The translations under genes were made by a program, and so were the position numbers. From Eledone cirrhosa (taxonomy: Eukaryota): 64,000 nt of DNA. The stretch is taken from contig OZ024744.1 of assembly GCA_964016885.1 (NCBI GenBank), positions 49,662,001 to 49,726,000 on the forward strand, written 5' to 3'. Shown one piece after another: positions 1-9,391 of this stretch. Under the pieces are notes generated by a model that was not told the DNA's origin, ran no database searches, and was given only the letters and a program-made list of their open reading frames with translations. Every line of letters begins with the position of its first letter. The first letter of the stretch is position 1.

Positions 1-80
1 TTGGATCCATACATAATCCATATGTGTATATATATATATATACGCACGTAAAATGATGATGATGATGATGATGACACACA

Positions 81-137
<57 letters not shown>

Positions 138-159
138 GTGTATGTATGTATGTATGTAT

Positions 160-900
160 TTGTTTTGTAAGGTTCTTTATATGAAATCGTGTGTTGAAAC
201 AAATATTGTTATACTTGGGAAGAGTCATATTGTTATAATATTGCCAGAAATAATAATAAAACACACTGTTTGGTTTGGATTGGTTTTCACTTCTGTATGT
301 TTTATATCCCTATAGTTAATTTAGCTGGCAATCAATGTTTATCATTGATTGACCAACATTTAAAAATATGGATATAAATATATATATATAGTCTCTCAGA
401 TTTCTTTTGTCACACACCTGTGACATCATCAGTGATACTATTATGTTTCCTCCCCTTGTATTGTATTGTTTACTTATTCTATTATTTATTTATTTATTTA
501 TTTATTGTTGTCTCTGTTTGCACATGTGTTTGTGTGCGTGTTTACTATTTGGTGTGTGTTCATGTGTTCATGTCTAAGTCTGTGTGTGTTTGTATTCTAT
601 CTTTGGTCTCTACTGTGTGGTTGTTGTTATTGTACCTGTGTATATTTGTTTCTGTGTTTGTGTATGGTTCAGTACTATATGGACATGCCAGACTAAGACA
701 TGGTAATATAGACAACATAGAAAATAAAATAATATCTAAACATAGGAGTGACTCAACAGCCTCTTGGATTGTGTTTACCATTATTCCTTTATTATATAAC
801 TATTGTGCAATGTACATCTGATGATGTCACCAGGCCTATATAACCAGGCCACTGAAATCTACATAGTGTTTGTAGGAATAAATCTTTGAAGGAATTTCAC
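160..900. mobile_element. Non-coding PLE-type (pseudo-LTR-like) repeat; homologous copy inverted at ~54245-54965
   Basis: 202-450 matches the reverse complement of ~54720-54965 (atattgttatacttggg..gagtcatattg..atattgccagaaataataa). Flanked by (TA)n/(CA)n and carries hammerhead-like cores. PLE assignment is inference. Confidence 0.5.
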
Positions 901-940
901 CAGTCTGACCTTCTGTAATTTTACGCTATATATATATATA

Positions 941-1090
941 TCATCATCATCATCATTATCGTCATTTAAAATCCATTTTCCAAGGTAACATCGGTTAGAC
1001 GGGTTGTCCCATTGAGGCAAGTTGGGTCAGGTGACCGTGTCTTGCTCATATAGAACTGTTTTGGGCTATATTTCTACAGCTGGATGTTCT
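941..1090 (-). mobile_element. 3' end of RTE-tailed SINE/LINE with (GAT)n tail
   Basis: Reverse complement matches 39440-39547 (gacacggtcacctga...gtctaacc...ggaaaatggat..taaatga) and ends in (gat)n. Confidence 0.6.
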
Positions 1091-1125
1091 TCCTAACACA
1101 TATATATAATACATATATATATACA

Positions 1126-1173
<48 letters not shown>

Positions 1174-1247
1174 CATATGTATATCAAATTTAAACCGAAA
1201 TCTCACTTTATGGGGAGATATAAAAAGGCAATTTTTACTTAAATAAT

Positions 1248-1350
1248 ACTCCAACCATGGTTTCATAAACTCAAGATACACAGCACCTGGAATCCCAAGA
1301 CATTGGCATGATCAATACTGGAAGAATTGAAGTTTTATCATCAGGTGGTG
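1248..1350 (-). ncRNA. Degenerate type I hammerhead ribozyme-like motif
   Basis: Minus strand: CTGATGA, stem II aaact.caa/ttgagttt, GAAAC-CATG-GTT with palindromic stem III. Stem I pairs poorly. Confidence 0.4.
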
Positions 1351-1439
1351 AATTCCTCATAAGAATTTATTCATACAACAATTCAATTATACAACACTTT
1401 ATTCATACATTAGATCTAGCAGTGAATTGGTATGTATGA

Positions 1440-2030
1440 TGATTTTTCTATTTTGTTCCCATAGTCTGTATTACTGCATAATGCCAGAGATCACCATCCT
1501 GTGTCATTGCCTTTGAGAGATGCAGTTGTGCAAGGTCAGCATTTATCACCTCATCTAAAGTCTTACTAGGTCTTCCTACACCATAGCTTCCATCAACTTT
1601 GAGCCCCTCCACATTTTTTTATACAGTTGTTATCCTTCATAAGCATCACATGTCCATACCAACAAAATCTTCTCTCCTGCACACTATACCTGATGCCACA
1701 TTGATGTTCTTATACATGCCTCATACAATCTGCCCTTCATTTTGAAGAAAAAACCTTTTGTAGTTAGCAGCGGTAGTAGCTCGTTGAACTTTTTCCAACC
1801 CATTCTCATTCTGGTTACAGTGCTTTCGGAACACCTTCTTCCACTACTAATTTTGTCACTATCTACTACTTCTACAGAATCCTCTAGGCATTTGAAGGAG
1901 TTAGTATCCTGTGAGCTCTTACAACTTACTGTAGCTGAGCATTGGCCACATATAAAACATAGGTTCTTTGATAGCCTGCCTGAGATCCCACTACATCTTT
2001 TGTGTACCCATAGTTTGCATTAAGTTGTTT
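1440..2030 (-). pseudogene. Degenerate RTE-clade LINE, post-RT and 3' region
   Basis: Minus-strand fragments translate to CKLWVHKRCSGISGRL..FICGQC, RMRMGWKKFNELLPLLTTKGF and QERRFCWYGHVM, which are RTE-type motifs. Confidence 0.7.
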
Positions 2031-2804
2031 GTTTCTATCAAGATCCCAGAGGTATTTATTGTTTACATCCAACTTTTTACAAAAAAAGTGGTAAGTGCGC
2101 ACACAAATCCCACAACTGCCATCACCAAAACAAAATCTGGGATTTAAAACAGAATAATATGGTTTATGCACTCTCCTGGTGAGTGGTTCACCTACCACAC
2201 CAAAATGTAAGACACTTCTGTAATCTTTGTATGATGGAAGTATTAGAAATTATGACTGGATCAGACCTGTTGAACTCTCAACATGACAGAATCTTTAACT
2301 GCCAGCATAAGGCATTAAGGACTTTCACTAAATACTACACTGACTAGCATAGGATCTGTTCCTGTATCTCTGTATCCACTCAACTTGAAAACCTCACCCC
2401 TTACAACATCCTCCCTCCCCCCTCGATTCATCTTTGTGTCCACTGGTCCTTATAGCAAATCTCTGGTAGATAAAACTAATACTCTTCCCCCCATCCCCAG
2501 TTAATTTATTACCTTTCAACAATATCTTATCATTTCTTTCCTTCCTTTCTATTTTCCTACCCCTCCTCCCCTGTCAACAATACATAAATTAAGTAGGTTT
2601 TTGACCAGCACTAATCCTCACTCTTTCTAAACTCCTCTTACAACTATATTTTTCTCAGTAATCATTTAGATTGTGACACCCCACCACCCACACCCCACTT
2701 ACAAATATTGTATACTTACTGTAATTCCGGTTTTATTCTTTTCTTTATTTATTTACTATATTTATTTATTATTATTGTTTATTTTTGCTTATTATTATTA
2801 TTGG

Positions 2805-2868
2805 TCGATAAAATAAAGTACCAGTAATGCACTGGGTAATTGCTGGCCTTGGGCCAAAAGTAGAAATA
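2805..2868 (+). mobile_element. 5'-truncated SINE (family A) with TSD attattattgg
   Basis: tcgataaaataaagtaccagtaatgcactggg..ccaaaagtagaaa shared with 3579, 6654 and 39117 copies. TSD at 2794-2804 and 2869-2879. Confidence 0.75.
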
Positions 2869-3015
2869 ATTATTATTGGCTTACTATTTTCGCTATATTT
2901 TCTGTGCCAGTGTTTTGTACTCTGGATCTGTTAGCAGTAAGTAATGCTTGTTACGGAAATGCGGCGCCCTTGCCTTGGACTATTACAAAATGTTTTCTCT
3001 CTTCCTCTCTTAATT

Positions 3016-3128
3016 TCTTTCTGATGAAGTGCAATAATAATTATTAGATAATACATACGATTGAGATTGGACTATGCAGTCTGCACATGGAGACAGTTAT
3101 GTAATTGTACAGAAACATATGTTAAAGA
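3016..3128 (+). ncRNA. Type I hammerhead ribozyme-like motif with long stem II
   Basis: tcttt-CTGATGA-a-gtgcaat...attgtac-a-GAAAC-atat-GTT-aaaga. Stems I and II pair and stem III is palindromic. Confidence 0.6.
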
Positions 3129-3384
3129 TTGTACACTCAGTAAATTTGTCCTTCTGTCCTCTTCTTCCTGTTTTTCCTTGTTCCATACCTATAATTATAA
3201 ATACCTTGTGATCTCCTTGCAAATTGTACCATAACCCTTTTAACAGGATACATATCATATGCTTTGCAAGGAGCTCGTCGAGGAAAAAATATTTGGTAAG
3301 CAATCTTTCATTTATTTTGTTTGTGCATCTTATCCACACAAACGAAATTTAATTTAACTTATCTTCTTGTATACACACACACAT

Positions 3385-3415
<31 letters not shown>

Positions 3416-3489
3416 TACATACATACATATATATAGTGAAAGAATGAAGAGTAACATGGTTTGCTGTACTACAAGGGGCTTTATTTCAG

Positions 3490-3707
3490 GTATTGACAAT
3501 TGTTTCATTAATCAGGTGAGTCTAGAGGCCGCTAATCGCTCGAGTTGCGTCACTCAATCTCCATTACATTATTTACCTAATCCCGTTGAGGTTGACTTTG
3601 CCTTTCATCCTTACGGGGTCGATAAAATAAAGTACCAGTAATGTACTGGGTAATTGCTGGCCAAAAGTAGAAACAATTATTTACCTCTGATCAAATCCTC
3701 AGAATAC
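3490..3707 (-). ncRNA. Type I hammerhead ribozyme with SINE inserted in loop II
   Basis: Minus strand: gtatt-CTGAGGA-t-ttgatcag...ctgattaa-t-GAAAC-aatt-GTC-aatac. Confidence 0.6.
3579..3675 (+). mobile_element. SINE family A, 5'-truncated, 11-bp TSD attatttacct
   Basis: TSD at 3568-3578 and 3676-3686; absent from the sister repeat at 3783-3971. Body gaggttgactttgcctttcatccttacggggtcgataaa resembles the Meta/MESC SINE central domain (recalled, not searched). Confidence 0.85.
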
Positions 3708-3750
3708 AGATAATTCATACATGGCATGATATATATGTGTATATATATAT

Positions 3751-3783
<33 letters not shown>

Positions 3784-3837
3784 GTGAAAGAATGAAGAGT
3801 AACATGGTTGGCTGTACTACAAGGGGCTTTATTTCAG

Positions 3838-3948
3838 GTATTGACAATTGTTTCATTGATCAGGTGAGTCTGAAGACTGCTAATCACATGAAGTTGCGTC
3901 ACTCGATCTCCATTACATTATTTACCTCTGATTAAATCCTCAGAATAC
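3838..3948 (-). ncRNA. Type I hammerhead ribozyme with intact core
   Basis: Minus strand: gtatt-CTGAGGA-t-ttaatcag...ctgatcaa-t-GAAAC-aatt-GTC-aatac, followed by AATAAA. Confidence 0.7.
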
Positions 3949-4220
3949 ACTTAATTCATACATGGCATGATATATATAGAGAAATAGCGTAGAATCAAAA
4001 CAGCAATAATAAACGGCACAGAGTACTCACAACCTCTAACTGGATTACCTATAACGATAACTTGTTATCCCATATATATATATATAGTCGAAAAAAGGGT
4101 GTAAAGATCCATACAAAACAAAGGTTTAGTTAAAAAGTGAAGGTGAAAATGCACAGAAATATATTTAAAGATATTTTTTCTTTAATCTGACAGAATGGAT
4201 AATTTTATAATTGTTGCATT

Positions 4221-4265
4221 ATATATAACCAGTTTCGTTTGATATAACAATCTTATCAAATATTA
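4221..4265 (-). ncRNA. Highly degenerate minimal hammerhead-like motif
   Basis: Minus strand: atat-TTGATAA-gattg..caaac-GAAAC-tg-GTT-atat, with two core substitutions. Confidence 0.25.
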
Positions 4266-4479
4266 AGTACTAAATATTAAATATTTAAGATGTTTAAATG
4301 TATTCTGTGAGTAGTTTCAATATATGTGAATTTTCTGTCAAAATTCTTTTAATATTTATGTCCTTTATGAAGAGGTGAAAGCGGCGGAAGTGGTGTTTAT
4401 CAAGTGAAGATTCAATTGAATTCACCTGGTTTAAAATAGAAGATGCTCTTACCATTCATTGTAATGACCCAGTTGACAT

Positions 4480-4526
<47 letters not shown>

Positions 4527-4639
4527 CTTTTGTGTGGGTATTAAGGCAGGGTTCAATTGTGTCCAAAGGTCAGTTTTGGGTTTGTGAAGGGAACTGAAAA
4601 AAGTTAGTTGATAAAGAGTTTTCTTTTGTCTTGATTTTC

Positions 4640-4760
<121 letters not shown>

Positions 4761-4934
4761 TACTCCTTGTATCAAGAGAACAAAGTTATTTTTAGGGTTT
4801 GCAGATAAAAGCAAGAATAAAAATATGAATATAAATAAAAGTATAAACATGATTGAAAGGGGTCCTGAGGAGGGGGTGTTGCAGAGGCTGGGTTCCTGGA
4901 GGATTTACCAACACCACCACAATCCTAATATAGT

Positions 4935-4992
4935 AATAATAATAATATGGTTTCAAATTTTGGCACAAAGCCAGCAATTTCTTTGGGAGAGG
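4935..4992 (-). mobile_element. SINE family A 3' fragment with (ATT)n tail
   Basis: Minus strand ttgctggctttgtgccaaaatttgaaacc-atattattattatt. Confidence 0.55.
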
Positions 4993-5035
4993 AAGTTGAA
5001 GGTATAAAAAACACAACAGAGCAGGGTAAAGCTGA

Positions 5036-5778
5036 TGTAGCGACTAGCGCCACCTTGCCCGGGGAGAAAAAACTTTTTAAAGAAGGAACTGTCTTCGGGC
5101 GCAGCATCACTGAGGTCACGGATACGCCGTAAAAACTCTGTAGGAGTTCTGTCCCCTAGATTTTCAACCTCTAATAAGGAACGAAATTTACTCTCAGGCG
5201 ACCTACAGTTCCTACCTCTGCCTTCAGAGACTCGTAGGAAACGCCTTGGGGAGGGTTCGTGATTATGTATTTTACTGTAATTGCTAGTGAAGCTGGAATT
5301 CCGCTGATTAGCACGTTTAATTTTTGCTGTTTTTCCTGTACTCAATTGACCGCAAAATACGCATCAAACTGGGCGAACCACAATTTGGCATCGCCAGAAT
5401 ACGCTGGTAACGTTGTGTTGCTGATGATGAAATTTGGTCGAGAGAGATGATTTTCTTTTTCAAAAGGTCGGTAGAAATTATATGTTCAAACGTCGGTAGA
5501 AATTATATGTTCACTTTAGTGAATTAGTCACAGGGTTATTTACTTTGGTAAACGCCACTGCAGGCCAACCACTAATTTAATTCGATACAGATATAATAAG
5601 GTTAACAAACTCGCTCGTGAGTGAACTGGCCGAGAGCCGTCGCCAAATAAGCCAAGATGTCTCTTTTCTCCCTCCTTTATAATCCCTAAACCGGAAGTTC
5701 AAGGAATCCTCTAGAATTCAACGGGAAGTAATTCCAATTAGTTTTTTCTCCCCGGGCAAGGTGGCGCTAGTCGCTACA
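5036..5778 (-). mobile_element. Gypsy-derived LTR plus gag fragment bounded by 39-bp perfect TIRs and a 4-bp TSD (CTGA)
   Basis: TIRs at 5036-5074 and 5740-5778 (TGTAGCG...CGCTACA). ctga at 5032-5035 and 5779-5782. Putative LTR 5778-5546 with TATAAA. Gag-like WFAQFDAYF and LGDRTPTEFLRRIRDL. Confidence 0.8.
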
Positions 5779-6653
5779 CTGAGAAACAGATTGACAATAT
5801 GGATGAAGGTACTTCTACTCTTGAACATAAAGATCAGATAGAAAAGGCAAAACAAGAAATTCTCAATGAATTTGGAAAAATAAAAAGCATTAGAATGGGT
5901 GAAAGAGAGTCCTTGCAAAACTTAACAAGCATCAACCAGAACAAAACACATAAGAACTAAAAATCAGGTTATTAAAGCAATAATTGAAGGATGGAGCCTG
6001 ATATATCATAATTAAATGAGGTTGTTTATGCAGTAGCAACGGCAATAGAGAGGAAATGCGGGTTAAAGAAAAAGCAAAATAGACAAAACACTCACAAAAA
6101 ACCACCCTGGAAGGTAAAAATTGAGAAAGAAATTGAAATGATGAAGGGAGAAATATCAATCCTGGATGAAATATGTGCTGGGAAGTCTGTCAAGTCAAGA
6201 AAAGGAAGGAAAGTGATTAAGAAATACAATGTGACTTCAAAGCCTGTTATTCCATCAATCAAAGAAACCCCCGAAACAGAAAGTTCAGCTGAACGCTCAA
6301 AGAATCAGAAGATTTGAAAAACGAAATAGGTTTTACAGACAAAATAAGCTGTTTTTTGTCTGATACGAAAAGATTTTATAGAGAAATTGGGACACAAACA
6401 ATTCAAGTAAAGGAACATCCTTCGATCTGTGAAATTGAACAATTCTAGAAAACAGTATGGAGTACAGAAAAATCCCATAATGCAAATGGAGAATGGATAA
6501 AGAACATGGAAGAAACATACGATAATTTAGAAAGACAAACTGTGCAAGACATAACTTTGGAAGAACTGGAGTTTGCACTAAGGAAAGCAAATAACTGGAA
6601 ATCCCTGGCATTGATAAAGTGCCAAACTTCTGGTTATCTTCTCATTATTTGTT

Positions 6654-6759
6654 CAAATCCCGCCAAGGTTAACTTTGCCTTTCATCCTTACGGGGTCGAT
6701 AAAATAAAGTACCAGTAATGCACTGGGTAATTGCCAGCCTTGTACCAAAAGTAGAAACA
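6654..6759 (+). mobile_element. SINE family A, TSD attatttgtt
   Basis: TSD at 6644-6653 and 6760-6769; interrupts the Dong ORF. Confidence 0.85.
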
Positions 6760-6843
6760 ATTATTTGTTGGTAAAATATTATAACGAAATTATGCACAAC
6801 CCTGAAAAAATCTAATTGGTTTGCACAGGGTATAACATATCTC

Positions 6844-7893
6844 TTGCCAAAATCGACAGAAACAAATACTCCAGAAAATTATTGCCCTACAACTTGCCTT
6901 CCTACATCACACAAAATTGTCACATCAATCTTGACTGAGACAACCTACAAATTTATGGATGGAAATAATTTATTCCCTATTGAGCAGAAAGGTTGCCGCC
7001 GTGGGTCTTGCAGATGCAAAAACCAACTTCTCATTAACTGCATGATTCTGAAAAACTGTCATAAAAAGTATAGAAGTCTGAGTACTGCTTGGATTGACTA
7101 TAAGAAAGCATTTGATAGTGTTCCCTACACATGGATTTTGAAAATTTGCGATGTTCTGAAAATTTCCCCAGTAATAACAAACTTCCTGAAATACAAAATG
7201 TCTTTCACTGTCATAGAGTGTTGGAACAAAAGTATTAGCTGTGGTATTTTTCAAGGTGATTCGTTCTCTCCTCTGATATTTTGCATTACACTCACACCGT
7301 TGTCTTTAGTGCTCAACAAAACAAAATATGGCTACAAAATAAACAGTAAAACAATAAATCACCAGTTTTATATGGATGACTTGAACCTCTGTGCTAAAAA
7401 TGACAACGAATTGGAAGGACCGTTGAAAACAGTCATGGTGTTCAGTGATGATATGGGGGTAGCGTTTGGATTGGAAAAATGTGTCAAAGCAACGTTCAAG
7501 AAAGGCAGAATTACAAGCACAAACTCACTGGAAATAGATGTGAATACTTTAATTAGGAAACTAGAACAGGACCAAACCTACAGATATCTAGGGATCAATA
7601 ATTGCCAGGGTATTCACCACGCCAGCATGAAAAAGAGAATCAGAAAGGAATGCTACTGGAGAGTATGTGCTATCATGAAAACGGAATTTAACTCGAGAAA
7701 TAAATTATCTGCCATAAATGCGCTTGCAATCCCTGTTGTCACCTACAGTTCCAATATTATAAACTGGAACATTAACAAAATTAAGAGAATGGACACCAAA
7801 ATCAGGAAACTTTTGACTTGTAATAGAATTCATCTCACAAAAGTAGATATGGTTGCCTCTATCTCTCTAGACAAAATAGACGTAAAGGAATGA
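6844..7893 (+). pseudogene. Dong/R4 reverse transcriptase fragment
   Basis: RT motifs in the ORF track (DYKKAFDS, QGDSFSP, YMDD). Confidence 0.85.
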
Positions 7894-9091
7894 TCCAGCT
7901 TGATCTTTCATACAGGATATCGACCTTTGGACGCAATAGGTATCTTAAAACCACAGATAAGTGGATGATGAAAATGGTCGCAGTTCACAAAGGAAGGAAG
8001 AGGTTACATTAGGTCGCAAAGGAAAGTAGGAAGTTTGCGGAAGAACTGGGAATACAGTTTGAAAATAATAATGATGATTCTGCAATTCAAGCCGCAAAGA
8101 ATATCAAGATGTTGGCAAAACATGAAGGCCAACAGAGACTGTGCACTGCATGGGCAGTATCTTCTTCATAGCAAAGAACCCGATGTAGATCAAGCTGTCA
8201 CTCTGCAGAATTTTGGGCTAAAGGCAGAGTGAAGGCTTCATTTTGGCTGCCCAAGACCAATGTCTCCCAAGGTGCAACTTTCAAGCCAATGTGATCAGAA
8301 ATGGAACCGACGAAAAGTGTTGATTCTGTGATGATCTTGTTGAGACCATAGACCACCTGGTTTCAGGCTGCAAGGTATTAGCTCCCCAGGAATATAAAAC
8401 GAGGCATAATAGAGTGGGGAAATACATACACTGGGTGATGTGCAGGTTTTATGGTCTGAAAACGAAGGGAAAATGGTACAACCATTACCCAGATGCAGTA
8501 ACAGGAGGCGAGAACGCGACAATCCTCTGGGATTTCCTTGTGAATACTGACATAACAATTAAGGCCAACAGACCTGATAAAATTGTAAAGGACCATAAAG
8601 AGAAAACATGTTTCTTAATTGACATGAGCATTCCATCAGATCGTAACATCTCCTAGAAAGAGTTCAGAAAACTCAGTAAGTAAAAAGATCCACAATCTTA
8701 AGGCCAGTCCAATACCAGTGATAGTCGGCGCACTTGGAATGATAAAAAGGGTACTGAAAAATATTTGGACCGGATACTTGGAAAGCCATCACTACAAGAG
8801 ATACAGAAAATAGTGCTGACTGGTACTGCCCATGTACTAAGAAGGGCTAATAAATTTAAAAACTTTGCAAGGACATTTACTGTTGTTTGTGCCCTTGTGG
8901 CATCATTTGTGTGACCATAGATTGTAAGAGGTGTGTATTATCAAAAGTGCCAAAAGTAGAAACAATTATCAAATTTTACCTCAGGCGCCAGGATGACACT
9001 CAGCATGATTTGGAAAGAAGTAGAACTCAAAGGAAGATTTAAATAATAATAATAATAATGATTTCTTTATTTCTTTCTTTATTTATTTATT

Positions 9092-9155
<64 letters not shown>

Positions 9156-9391
9156 TTTCATTTATTGGCCACAAGGGCCGACATATAGGGGACAATACAA
9201 AAGACTGGGACAGTGGGGTTTTACAGAAAAATCGAGTAAACAATATGAATCACAATAACAAAGTAACAATAAAATTACAAGAAAAAATTCCCCAATAGGG
9301 GGGATGACCACCCAGGGTTCGCTCAGGTACCCCACCAATCCTGAACGACCCGACGCTTCGAGAGCACCCTGGAAGGGCACCCCCTCTCCTC

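Larger units (their letters stand above)
3435..3971 (-). mobile_element. Two tandem ~190 bp hammerhead-bearing repeats separated by (TA)/(CA)n
   Basis: 3435-3730 and 3783-3971 are near-identical apart from a SINE inserted in the first copy. Confidence 0.8.
4993..9059 (+). mobile_element. R4/Dong-clade LINE (RT plus restriction-like endonuclease), degenerate, 5'-truncated, (AAT)n tail, with nested insertions
   Basis: PPWKVKIEKEI, EQKGCRRG, AWIDYKKAFDSVP, GIFQGDSFSPL, FYMDDL, ANRPDKIVKD..CFLIDMSIP. Many frameshifts. Collinear with 60597-63236. Confidence 0.9.
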
